A stretch of DNA of 64,000 nucleotides, from contig CAVVPN010000012.1 in NCBI GenBank assembly GCA_963750165.1, forward strand, positions 960,001-1,024,000, in the 5' to 3' direction. Below, in pieces: positions 50,768 through 63,487 of this stretch. The stretch comes from an uncultured Gemmataceae bacterium. GTDB taxonomy: Bacteria; Planctomycetota; Planctomycetia; Gemmatales; Gemmataceae. The notes under the pieces are model-generated. The model did not search any database. It worked only from the letters and a program-made list of their open reading frames with translations, and was not told where the DNA came from. The position numbers were made by a program, and so were the translations under genes. The number at the start of each line of letters is the position of its first letter. Position 1 is the stretch's first letter.

Positions 50768-51724
50768 ATGCTGACACCGACCACTACCGATCCGCGGGCC
50801 TGGCGGGCAAGCACCCTGGACGCGCCTCACTCGTGGTATTATCCCCTGTCCGACAGTGCCCAGTCGGCCCTGGATCAGGCCCTTCAGCCCTGGCGACGGA
50901 ACCCCGGGCCGGTCACCGATCTGCGGGCCGACGACCGGTTGCGCGCCGCCTGCGCGGACGACCTGGCGCCGGCGCTGGCGGCGCTGGAAACGGGCCGCGG
51001 TTTCGCGGTCATCACGCCGGGCCGACCGGAGCGCTTCGCGCCGCAGGAGTGGCCAGCCGTCTACTGGCTCGTCGGCCAACTCCTGGGCCGGCCGTTCGAG
51101 CAGAACGTGCAGGGCACCCTGCTGTACGATGTGCGCGACACCGGCCAGGACGTGCGCTACGGCGCCCGCTTCTCCGTCACCAACGCCGAGAGCACTTTCC
51201 ACACCGACAACTCCTTCGGTGCCGACGTGCTCGATTACGTCGGGCTGCTGTGCGTCAATTCCGCGAAGTCAGGCGGTCTGAGCCAGGTGGTCAGCGGTTA
51301 TGCCATCCAGGACGAGTTGCGGGCCAACCACTGCGACGCCTGGGAGGTGCTGCATCGGCCGTTCCACGTTGATCGCCGCGGCGGAGTGCGGCCTGGCGAG
51401 GCGCCGACCGCGCGCTTCCCGGTCCTGGACAAGCACAACGGTGGACTGCTGATCCGCTACCTGCGTTACTGGATCGAGGCCGGCCACGAGAAGGCGGGCC
51501 AGCCGCTCTCGGCCGAGCAGGTGCGGGCGCTGGACGTGCTGGACCGCGTGGCCGCCCAACCGGGGCTGCGAGCGGAGTTCCTGCTGCGGCCGGGCGAGTT
51601 GTTCTTCATCAACAACCGCTGGATTCTGCACAACCGCACGGGCTTCGAGGACCACGCCGAGCCGGAACAGCGGCGGCATTACGTGCGGTTGTGGCTGCAG
51701 CGCGGCGGGCCGCGCGAAACGTAA
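50768..51724 (+). CDS. TauD/TfdA Fe(II)/2-oxoglutarate dioxygenase
   Basis: FHTD and NNRWILHNR...R.YVRLWL. Confidence 0.9.
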   Translation: MLTPTTTDPRAWRASTLDAPHSWYYPLSDSAQSALDQALQPWRRNPGPVTDLRADDRLRAACADDLAPALAALETGRGFAVITPGRPERFAPQEWPAVYWLVGQLLGRPFEQNVQGTLLYDVRDTGQDVRYGARFSVTNAESTFHTDNSFGADVLDYVGLLCVNSAKSGGLSQVVSGYAIQDELRANHCDAWEVLHRPFHVDRRGGVRPGEAPTARFPVLDKHNGGLLIRYLRYWIEAGHEKAGQPLSAEQVRALDVLDRVAAQPGLRAEFLLRPGELFFINNRWILHNRTGFEDHAEPEQRRHYVRLWLQRGGPRET

Positions 51725-51793
51725 ACGGGAAGCGGTGCTGGTGGGAGGTTGAGGGGTTTTCTGTGGTTCCGCTTCTTCCTGGGTTTTTGCCCA

Positions 51794-53752
51794 TCACGTC
51801 GCCACGGGAAACACCTCGTCCAGCGGCACCTCCCACTGGCCGAGGCCGACGCTGACCACCACCTGGTTGCGCTTGTGGTCGATGCGGACGATCTTGCCCG
51901 GCTTGCCGAAGCGCGGCACCTGCACCAGGTCGTTCGGTTGCAGCCGCGCCCGCGCCGCGCAGGCGCCTTCCGCTCCTCCTCCTCGCGCTGTACCTTTTGC
52001 AGGGTCTGTTGATACTCCTCGCGCTGCTTCTCCGCCTCGTGCTGTGCCAGCAGCGCCTCCTCGCGGGCCTTCTCGGCTTCCGCGCGCATCTTTTGCAGCT
52101 GGGCCATCTCCGGGCGCGGCGCTGGCGACGGCGCAGGTACTTGTGGCGCGGCGCAGCAGGTCGCGCGGCAGCTTCAGACGACGGGCGATCTTCAGGGCGT
52201 TGCTCATGCCGAACTGGCCGATGTGCAGCCGATACGTCGGCCGTAGCGTTTCCACGTCGAACTCGACCGCCGCGTTCTCGGCCCGGTCGTTGTTGAAGGC
52301 GTATGTCTTCAGGTCGCCCAGGTGCGTCGTCACCATCGCCCGGCAGCCGATGCGGTCCAGCTCGTCCAGGATGGCCCGCCCCAGGGCCGCTCCTTCCGTC
52401 GGGTCGGTGCCGGCGCCGAGTTCGTCCAGCAACACCAGGCTTTTGTCGTCGGCCGACTTCAGAATGTGGGCGATGCGCGAGATGTGCGAACTGAACGTGC
52501 TGAGCGATTGTTCGAGGCTCTGCTCGTCGCCGATGTCGGCGAGGATTTCGTGGAAGACGGGCACCTGGCTGCCGTCCGCCGCGGGGATGTGCATGCCGGC
52601 CAGCGCCATCAGGCAGATCAGGCCGGTTGTCTTCAGCGTCACCGTTTTGCCGCCAGTGTTCGGTCCGGTGATGATGAGCAGGTTGAAACCGTGGCCCAGT
52701 CGCACATCGATGGGCACGACCGTGCGCGGCTCCTCGTTCGTGGGGCAAACATTCCTGTCTGCCGTGGCCGCCGGTTCGGCAGACAGGAATGTCTGCCCCA
52801 CCTTTCCGTTGCGGAAAAGATGCTCCAGCAGCGGGTGCCGGGCCAGGCGGAGCCAGACGCGGCCCTCGGTGTTGAGGTCCGGGCAGGACATGCCGTAGTC
52901 GCGGCTGTAGCGGGCGCGGGCGGTGACGTAATCCAGCCGGCCCATCGTCTCCACCGCCACCGACAACTGCCGCGCTACCTTGCCGACCTCGGTGCTCAGC
53001 TTGCGCAGCACCTTGCGGACCTCGCGCTCCTCCTCGCCCTTGAGGACGGTGCGCTCGGCGCTGAGGTTGGCGACGCTGGCCGGTTCGATGAACACCGTCT
53101 CGCCGGTGCCGCTGGTGCGGTGGACGACGCCGGGGATTTTGTGGCGGTGGTTGATATCGACGGGCAGGACGTAATGGTCGCCGCTGACGGTGGCGTTGGG
53201 GTAGCGGAGGATTTCGCGGAGGCGGGGGTCGCGGAGGAGTTTTTTGATCTGGTGCTGCACTTTTTCATCGATCTCGGCGAGTTTCTGGCGGACATTTGCC
53301 AAAGCGGGGCTGGCCATGTCGAGGACGTGGCCGCGGCTGTCGATGCAGCCGCTGATGTTCTTGGCCACGACGCCGAGGTCTTCCACCGGCGTCAGCAGCT
53401 CGATGAGCCGCTGAAATTGCTCGCTGAGGCGCATCCGGTAGCGGAACATGTGGCCGGTGCTGGCGAGCGTTTCGCCGACTTCCAGGAGCTGGTCGGCGGT
53501 GAGCATGGCGCCGATGGCGGCACGGCGGGCCAGCAGCCGCACGTCATGGACGCCACCGAACGGCGGCGACTGGCCCAGCGCCAGCACCCCGGTCATCTCG
53601 GTGACCAGGGCCAGCTCGTCGCGGATCTTCACGGGGTCGCGCAGCGGCTCGGCCTGACGTGCCAGGGCCTTGCCCAGCGAACAGGCGGCGTAACCGGCCA
53701 CGAGTTCGCGGACCTTGTTGAATTCGAGCAGTTCCAGCGTGTGTGCGTCCAT
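51794..53752 (-). CDS. mutS2: MutS2-like protein lacking the Smr domain; apparent compensating frameshifts at 51960-52150
   Basis: SGTGETVFIEP, ARHPLL, ITGPNTGGKT, DIGDEQS, LSTFSSH, DELGAGTDP; ends after a KOW-like domain. Confidence 0.88.
   Translation of the reverse strand: MDAHTLELLEFNKVRELVAGYAACSLGKALARQAEPLRDPVKIRDELALVTEMTGVLALGQSPPFGGVHDVRLLARRAAIGAMLTADQLLEVGETLASTGHMFRYRMRLSEQFQRLIELLTPVEDLGVVAKNISGCIDSRGHVLDMASPALANVRQKLAEIDEKVQHQIKKLLRDPRLREILRYPNATVSGDHYVLPVDINHRHKIPGVVHRTSGTGETVFIEPASVANLSAERTVLKGEEEREVRKVLRKLSTEVGKVARQLSVAVETMGRLDYVTARARYSRDYGMSCPDLNTEGRVWLRLARHPLLEHLFRNGKVGQTFLSAEPAATADRNVCPTNEEPRTVVPIDVRLGHGFNLLIITGPNTGGKTVTLKTTGLICLMALAGMHIPAADGSQVPVFHEILADIGDEQSLEQSLSTFSSHISRIAHILKSADDKSLVLLDELGAGTDPTEGAALGRAILDELDRIGCRAMVTTHLGDLKTYAFNNDRAENAAVEFDVETLRPTYRLHIGQFGMSNALKIARRLKLPRDLLRRATSTCAVASAAPGDGPAAKDARGSREGPRGGAAGTARGGEAARGVSTDPAKGTARGGGAEGACAARARLQPNDLVQVPRFGKPGKIVRIDHKRNQVVVSVGLGQWEVPLDEVFPVAT
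52740..52801. repeat. REP family D doublet inserted in frame in mutS2
   Basis: Matches 12792-12849; translates as VGQTFLSAEPAATADRNVCPT. Confidence 0.88.
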
Positions 53753-53896
53753 CTTCCCGTTCATGATTGGGTGGACAGCGGCCTGGCGACGGAGGTTCGC
53801 GGCCCGGCGGCATGAGGAATCTCTTGAATTGTAACGGCGGCCGGCAAATCCGGCGACCGCTTGCGAACGGCTGCAACTCTGGTAAAGTGGTGCCCA

Positions 53897-53956
53897 TCCG
53901 AGCCCGAGCGCCAGCGCGGTGGCCCGCTTGGCCCCGCGCTGGCGCTCGGGCTCGGA
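53897..53956. repeat. 23-bp perfect inverted repeat (REP-like)
   Basis: TCCGAGCCCGAGCGCCAGCGCGG...CCGCGCTGGCGCTCGGGCTCGGA. Confidence 0.8.
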
Positions 53957-53992
53957 AGTAACACGGTTCGCCTTCCCGACGATAGGTGTCTC

Positions 53993-55996
53993 ATGTTGGC
54001 GCAATCCCGCCGCATTCTACTCCTGACCACCCTGTTCCTGGCCGCCGCGCCGTGCGCCGCCCAGCCGCCGCAGATGAAGTTCAACGACGTGCGCGAGGTC
54101 GCGCCCGGCGTCTACTTCCGCTACTCATCGATCTCCGCCACGGACCCGAAAATCCCGTTCGGCGGCTGCAATAACATCTGGATCATCTGCAAGGATTACG
54201 TCGTCGTCTACGACGCCAACTTCCCGAAGGAGGCCGGCGACGTGATCGCGGCGGTCAAGCAAACGACGACCAAGCCGATCCGTTACGTGCTGGACTCGCA
54301 CCATCACGGCGACCACGCCTACGGCAACGACGTGTGGGCAAAGGCGGGCGCGACCATCATTTCCTCGCGGAACACGGCCCGGCTGCTGCGGGTCAACGGC
54401 CCGAAGGAGTTCGCCGACGCCGGCAAGGGGCCGCAGGGTCGCAAGGACATCCGCAACAGCGTGCTGCGTGTGCCCGACCTGATGTTCGACGACAAGTTGG
54501 TCATCGACGACGGCACGCAGCGGATCGAGTTGCTACATTTCGGCCACGCCCACACGGCCGGCGACTCCTTGTTGTACCTGCCGCAACACAAGATTCTCTG
54601 CACCGGCGACGCCTGCGGCAACGGTGCGTTCAACTACACCGGCCACTCCGACACCGCCTCGTGGATTCGTGTACTGGAAAAGGCGCAGCAGCTGGACGTG
54701 AAGCTGATTCTACCCGGCCACGGTCTGCCCGCGGGCAAGGAACTGCTGGGCAAGCAGCGCCGCTACTTCGTGGAGTTGCGGCAGCAGATTCAGAAGGGCA
54801 TTGACGCCGGCAAGACCTTCGCCGACATTCGCAACGTCATCGACATGCCTTGGTACAAGGAATGGACAGGGGTCGCGGCGAAGGAGCGCAAGGAGAACGT
54901 CGAGCACGTCTACGGCGAGCTGACCGGCCGCGTGGCGCCCGCGGACTTGCTGGAGGACATCGGCGTTTACGAGGGGCCGTCGCCGACGAAGGACGACCCG
55001 GGCTGGACGAAGCCGAAGCGCATCATCGTGCCGAACCTGCTGCCGACGAAGCTGGCGGAGTTGAAACGGATCGCGCCGGATGTGCTGTTCGTGCCGGTCA
55101 TGAACGTGAAGGAGGCGGTCAAGGAGGCGGCCGACGCGGACGCGGTCATCGGCTTTTGCAGCGACGACCTGCTGCGGGCGGGCAAGAAGTTGCGCTGGAT
55201 TCAGGTCGGCAGCGCCGGCGTGGAGAAGTATGTGACGCCGGAGATGCAGAAGAGCACCGTGGTGCTGACGAACACGCAGCGGCTGTACGGGCCGAACGTG
55301 GCGGACCAGGCATTCGCGCTGCTGCTGACGCTGTCGCGCGACCTAGTGAAGATGAAGGGCAAGGCGCTGCCGCCACTGAAAGGCCGCGTGCAGCCGCAAG
55401 CGAAATACTGGAACGAGCTGAAGGCCGGCATGAAGCCGCAGGAGCTGCGCGGCCAGACGATGCTCGTGATCGGCCTGGGCGGCATCGGCACTGAGGTGGC
55501 GCGGCGGGCGGAGTCGTTCGGTATGCGCGTGATGGCGGTGGACCCCAACGACAAGATCGAACGGCCGCCGTTCGTCTTCAGCATCGACCCGCCGGCGAAA
55601 TTGCTGGGGCTTCTGCCGAAGGCGGACGTGGTGGTGATCGCGTGTCCGCTGACAAAGCAGACGAAGGGGATGTTCGGCCAGGAGCAGTTCGCGGCGATGA
55701 AGAAGACGGCGTTCCTGGTCAACATCGCCCGCGGCGGCATCGTCACAACGGACGAACTGGTCGCGGCGCTGAAGGCCAAGGTGATCGCCGGCGCGGGGAT
55801 GGACGTGACCGACCCGGAGCCGTTGCCGGACGACCATCCGTTGTGGCGGCTGCCGAACGTCGCGATCAGTCCACACGTCGGCGGCGAGGGCGACGGGGCA
55901 CGCGAGCGGCAGTGGCGGCTGTGGCGCGAGAACGTGCGGCGGTTCGTCGCTGGGGAGCGGCTGCTGTGCGTGGTGGACAAGGGGCTGGGGTATTGA
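53993..55996 (+). CDS. Signal peptide + MBL-fold hydrolase + D-2-hydroxyacid dehydrogenase fusion
   Basis: SHHHGDH, HTAGD, PGHG; GLGGIG, VNIARG, DVTDPEPL, SPH. Confidence 0.88.
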   Translation: MLAQSRRILLLTTLFLAAAPCAAQPPQMKFNDVREVAPGVYFRYSSISATDPKIPFGGCNNIWIICKDYVVVYDANFPKEAGDVIAAVKQTTTKPIRYVLDSHHHGDHAYGNDVWAKAGATIISSRNTARLLRVNGPKEFADAGKGPQGRKDIRNSVLRVPDLMFDDKLVIDDGTQRIELLHFGHAHTAGDSLLYLPQHKILCTGDACGNGAFNYTGHSDTASWIRVLEKAQQLDVKLILPGHGLPAGKELLGKQRRYFVELRQQIQKGIDAGKTFADIRNVIDMPWYKEWTGVAAKERKENVEHVYGELTGRVAPADLLEDIGVYEGPSPTKDDPGWTKPKRIIVPNLLPTKLAELKRIAPDVLFVPVMNVKEAVKEAADADAVIGFCSDDLLRAGKKLRWIQVGSAGVEKYVTPEMQKSTVVLTNTQRLYGPNVADQAFALLLTLSRDLVKMKGKALPPLKGRVQPQAKYWNELKAGMKPQELRGQTMLVIGLGGIGTEVARRAESFGMRVMAVDPNDKIERPPFVFSIDPPAKLLGLLPKADVVVIACPLTKQTKGMFGQEQFAAMKKTAFLVNIARGGIVTTDELVAALKAKVIAGAGMDVTDPEPLPDDHPLWRLPNVAISPHVGGEGDGARERQWRLWRENVRRFVAGERLLCVVDKGLGY

Positions 55997-56028
55997 GAGG
56001 CGACCGCGCGGCCACCCGATCGTCTGAC

Positions 56029-56247
56029 TCATGGCGGTTCGGCGAACAGTTTCATCGCCGGCAGGATGCGTTGGACGTGCGCGAAGGGGGCGTCGCGGGT
56101 CCATAACTCGAGGTCGTTGACAATGGCGAGGGTCGCAATGACGGCGTCGGCGAACGGGATCGTCACTCCGCCGGCCCGGAGGGCGCTCAGGTTGTCGCCG
56201 CCGGTGCGGATCACAGCGACGAGCACGTTGGTATCGACGAGAATCAT
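56029..56247 (-). pseudogene. PIN/VapC toxin with internal deletion (72 aa)
   Basis: MILVDTNV and ADAVIA...WTRD present; the central part of a ~130-aa PIN domain is missing. Confidence 0.75.
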
Positions 56248-56465
56248 GGCAGGTGGTCGCGGGCGTGGCGGAGGTCGCACTCCTCCTGCTCGCGAAGCGC
56301 CTCGAAGTCGTAGGTCGTACGGAGTGCGGAAGCAGCCCTGACGAAAGCGTCCCAATCGCCGGTGCCGGGGCGGATGGCCGGTGTCGCCGCTCGCGTCAGT
56401 TCCGCGACCGTCCGCTCCAGTATGGTGAGTCGATCGGCCAGCCCTTCCAGAGTCAGTGTGAACAT
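56244..56465 (-). CDS. Putative antitoxin (73 aa)
   Basis: GGAGG RBS, ATGA overlap with the PIN gene, TACAAT -10 box at 56500-56505. Confidence 0.7.
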   Translation of the reverse strand: MFTLTLEGLADRLTILERTVAELTRAATPAIRPGTGDWDAFVRAASALRTTYDFEALREQEECDLRHARDHLP

Positions 56466-56577
56466 GAGAACCTCCGTTTCGCGGTCCCGGCGCAACGGTA
56501 TTGTACCAAACCAGAGGGAGCGGTCGATCACCGGATTCGGCTTCCCGGGACGGAACCTGGCCAACGATACCCGCAGT

Positions 56578-56688
56578 GAGGGCAATGGGGCGCGCGACCG
56601 GCAGTGGCGGCTGTGGCGCGAGAACGTGCGCCGCTTCGTCACCGGTGAGCGGCTGCTGAGCGTCGTGGATAAGACGCGGGGTTACTGA
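56578..56688 (+). repeat. Diverged 111-bp duplicate of the dehydrogenase 3' end (55886-55996)
   Basis: 17 differences counted by eye, 11 at third codon positions; stop codon conserved. Confidence 0.92.
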
Positions 56689-56780
56689 GCGGTCGGTTGC
56701 CAGAGACTTTCGGGATGTCCGGCCGCTCACTGTCCGCTGTGTTCTTGGGAAAGCATTCGATCTTTTGACGAGGACCGACC

Positions 56781-58088
56781 ATGATCGTGTTTGGTTGCCC
56801 AGGATGCGCGAAAAAATTCCAGGCCAAGGAGGAGTTCGCCGGCCGAAGGACCAGGTGCCCCGATTGCGGGCGTGAGTTCTTGGTGCCCACGCCTGGCCAG
56901 GGGGAAGTGCAAGCGGCCGCCCCTCCCCGGTTCCCTGCCGTTCGCCCGCCCGACCCCGATCCGGACGTTCGCGAACCGGAAGCCGAGCCCGTACGGGGCC
57001 ACCGGCGGCGCGCGCCGCTGAAAAAATCCGCACGCAAAAAAATCCTGCTCATCTCCGGGGCGGTGCTCCTGGGCCTGTTCCTGACGGGCGGCCTGGTGGC
57101 GGGCGTGTACTGGCTGTTCTTCCGGCCCGTGGGGTTGACCAACGAACTGCTTTATGTCCCGGACAACTTCGAGTACATCGCCTCGCTGAACGTGTCCGGA
57201 GTGCAGTCCAGTGAACTCTACGTGTCCCTGAAACGCGAGATCGATGAGCGTAAGCCGGACCTGGAACGCGAGCTACAAAAGCTGGAGAATGATCTCGGCC
57301 TCAAGTTGACGGAGATCGAGCGCGTCACGGTGGCCGGGCTGTTCCCACGCCCCGGCGAACGCTCCGGGCCGGAATTCGTGGTCGTGGTCAAGACGAAACG
57401 ACCCGTCGAACTCCGCGAGTTGTTCAAGGGACCCGCGTTTGCGGAGTTCCAGGACAGAAAGGTTGGCGAGCACACGGTGCGGCTGTATGATCCCCAGCGG
57501 ATGGCCGTCTGTGCCCTGCCAAACCGCACCATCTTGTTCAGCTCGCACGTCGAAACCCTCTCCCGGGTTCTCAAGCGCGACCGGAAGGCCGATGTCTCAG
57601 AAGGCATGCAGGAGGCCATGAACAAGACGGATTTCACGCAGGCGTTGGCCGTGTCCATCAGCACTCGCGACCTGCGACGCGACCTGATGCGCGACCGGGA
57701 GTTTCGCAACGACATGGCCCGCTCGTTCGGCAGCGTGATCGAACCGGAGAAGTTGCTGGAACTCACGGACATGACCGTGATGCACATCCGCCTGGGGTCA
57801 AAGGTCGAAGTGGAGGCGAAGGTGCTGGGCAAGGACACCGAGGTGGTCTTCAAGGTGTCCGTCAAGACATCCGCGCTGATCGGCCTGTTGAACAAGGGCG
57901 AGTGGTTTCAGGACCGTGGCCCCGTTCGGAAAGATTTCGACCGGAAAGATTTCGGCAAGGATAAATTCGATCGGCGCGATTTTGACAAGGGCAATTTCGA
58001 CAAGCGCGGTAATGGTTTCGACCGGAGGGATTTCGACAAGGGGGCGTTCGACAAGGACGAGCGCTGGAAGGACAAAGAAAAGAAGTGA
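56781..58088 (+). CDS. Zn-ribbon + TM hypothetical protein with FD(R/K)xx repeat tail
   Basis: CPGC..CPDC, one TM, DFDRKDFGKDKFDRRDFDK. Confidence 0.8.
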   Translation: MIVFGCPGCAKKFQAKEEFAGRRTRCPDCGREFLVPTPGQGEVQAAAPPRFPAVRPPDPDPDVREPEAEPVRGHRRRAPLKKSARKKILLISGAVLLGLFLTGGLVAGVYWLFFRPVGLTNELLYVPDNFEYIASLNVSGVQSSELYVSLKREIDERKPDLERELQKLENDLGLKLTEIERVTVAGLFPRPGERSGPEFVVVVKTKRPVELRELFKGPAFAEFQDRKVGEHTVRLYDPQRMAVCALPNRTILFSSHVETLSRVLKRDRKADVSEGMQEAMNKTDFTQALAVSISTRDLRRDLMRDREFRNDMARSFGSVIEPEKLLELTDMTVMHIRLGSKVEVEAKVLGKDTEVVFKVSVKTSALIGLLNKGEWFQDRGPVRKDFDRKDFGKDKFDRRDFDKGNFDKRGNGFDRRDFDKGAFDKDERWKDKEKK

Positions 58089-58091
58089 CAC

Positions 58092-58188
58092 GCCACGGCC
58101 GCCGACCGAAGGTCTCATCCGCGTGGGCCAGCGCTTGAGGAGACTTTCGGTCAACGGCCGTGTCTTGGTCCGGAGACCAAGACACAAC
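58092..58188. repeat. Family B element, partial and diverged
   Basis: GACCGAAGGTCTC...GAGACTTTCGGTC; GTGTCTTGGTCCGGAGACCAAGACACAAC. Confidence 0.8.
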
Positions 58189-58204
58189 GGTGGGGAGTAT
58201 TAAC

Positions 58205-58354
58205 CTACATCCCCAGCGCGCCGAGGAACTCCGGCGTGCTGGGGATCTGGTGCGTCGCCTGGGTAATGGCCTGCCGCGTTGCCGAATCGGCGTCCGTCCA
58301 CAAGGTCGCCAACTCATTCTGAGCCGCGTTGTTCCAGGTCACGGTGCAGCGCAT
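58205..58354 (-). pseudogene. Truncated RelE/ParE-like toxin
   Basis: MRCTVTWNNAAQNELATLW resembles a RelE/ParE N-terminus; only 49 aa; overlaps the upstream small gene. Confidence 0.55.
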
Positions 58355-58632
58355 GATTGCTCCAGACGCTGGAGCAATTCGGCCGTCGAACAACCGCCAC
58401 CCTCCTTGCTCCGCCGGTCCAGTTCCTCGTCGCTAATGCGCTCCCGGGACCAGGCCACCAGCAGTTGGCCGCGTTCCTTCTCCGCCTGCTGCAATTGTTG
58501 GCGCAGTCGCTCAACTTCCTGTTGCAGCGCTTCTACCAGATTGATTAGCTCCGCGAGCGGGCTCACGTCTTGACCTGCCTGGTTCAGGAATGCCACCAGT
58601 TTTGCCAGTCGATCCTGTTGCAACGCTGTCAT
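58339..58632 (-). CDS. Putative antitoxin with coiled coil (97 aa)
   Basis: GAGG RBS; acidic ISDEELDRR...STAELLQRLE tail; upstream of the RelE-like remnant. Confidence 0.6.
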   Translation of the reverse strand: MTALQQDRLAKLVAFLNQAGQDVSPLAELINLVEALQQEVERLRQQLQQAEKERGQLLVAWSRERISDEELDRRSKEGGGCSTAELLQRLEQSCAAP

Positions 58633-58667
58633 GAGCCACCTCGTTTGGGATGAAGCCTGGCGTCATT

Positions 58668-59249
58668 CTACGTGACTGGCGCGGCTGTCAGCGGGCGCGG
58701 GAACAGGTCGCGCACCAGGCACTGAAACCCCGGCACCACGTCTTCGCCGGTCAGCGTGTCCTGTTCGTGCAGCCGCGCATCGGAGCCGCTCGGCCGGCAC
58801 ACGCGCACGGTGCGCGTCTCAGGGATGACCACCCACACCAACCGCACATTCACCCGAAAATACAGTTCGATCTTCTCCTCCACCTCATGGGCCAGGTCGT
58901 TCGGGGAGACGACCTCCACGGCGAGATCCGGGGGAATGCGCGCCCACCCCTGGGCCAATAGTTCGGCCGTCAACCGGCTGGCCTGGATGAATGACACATC
59001 CGGTTTGCGCACCATATTGGGCCGATCCGGAAAACACTGATACCCGTTCTCGGAAGTCAGCACCCAGCCCAGGTTGTTCGCCTCACAGTGACTGTTCAAC
59101 AGCCAAATCACCCGGGCGCCGATGATGCCGGTTTGAACACTCACATTCAACTCCTGTAACCGTCCGTCCACCAGCTCATAACGGTTGCCCTCTGGCATCC
59201 GGAGCAAATCCTCCGGCGTCAACAACGGCATGGTCACCGGCATGTTCAT
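58668..59249 (-). CDS. Uma2 family protein
   Basis: YELVDG, RKPDVSFI, PDLAVEVVSPND, VRLVWVV, LTGEDVVPGF. Confidence 0.93.
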   Translation of the reverse strand: MNMPVTMPLLTPEDLLRMPEGNRYELVDGRLQELNVSVQTGIIGARVIWLLNSHCEANNLGWVLTSENGYQCFPDRPNMVRKPDVSFIQASRLTAELLAQGWARIPPDLAVEVVSPNDLAHEVEEKIELYFRVNVRLVWVVIPETRTVRVCRPSGSDARLHEQDTLTGEDVVPGFQCLVRDLFPRPLTAAPVT

Positions 59250-59269
59250 GACGCAAATCCTCCTTTGCC

Positions 59270-62971
<3,702 letters not shown>

Positions 62972-63105
62972 AGGTCAATACACCCAGCAAGGGTTCAACG
63001 GATACCACGGTTATGCCAGGATAGACCAAAGCGGCGGCGGACGCCAGACTTGGCGGCGGGGCATTGCTGTATTTTACGAAGGCAGGGCAAATGGGGTGCG
63101 CTGTG

Positions 63106-63144
63106 AAAAAGGCCGGCCTCCGCAGTCCCTTGCGGAGCCGGCCT
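63106..63144 (-). terminator. Rho-independent terminator
   Basis: Minus strand AGGCCGGCTCCGCAAGGGACTGCGGAGGCCGGCC followed by TTTTT. Confidence 0.75.
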
Positions 63145-63487
63145 GTGCCTGGTCTGAGCGTCCCTGCGATTCGACCATCCCACCGCGGCGTGGTCGCGTG
63201 TGCCTGGCCCGGGGGGAATGCGTACCCGCGGGTGCGGGGCCAAAAAGTCGGACGCCGGCGCCTGGAGTGCTCAGTTGATAGGTTTTTTTGACCCGCACCA
63301 ATCCTGGCGCTTTGGGGGCAACGTCCTGGCCCCGGGTGAGCGCTACGCAAGCGTCGGCGTCCAGTACGAACGTGGGCGCGCAGTTGAACGGCGCAAGACT
63401 TCAGGTTCTGGTTGTTCAGGTTGAGGTTTGTGGAATGAGGATAATTCCCGACAAACCAGGGTGGCGAAACATCCAGCCTGTGGGGGC
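63106..63487 (-). ncRNA. Candidate structured non-coding RNA or long metH leader
   Basis: No credible ORF, several stems, ends in a terminator; no known family recognised. Confidence 0.3.

Noticed and set aside
55886..56688. DGR template/variable repeat pair
   Set aside because: Differences are not adenine-specific and no reverse transcriptase is present in the window
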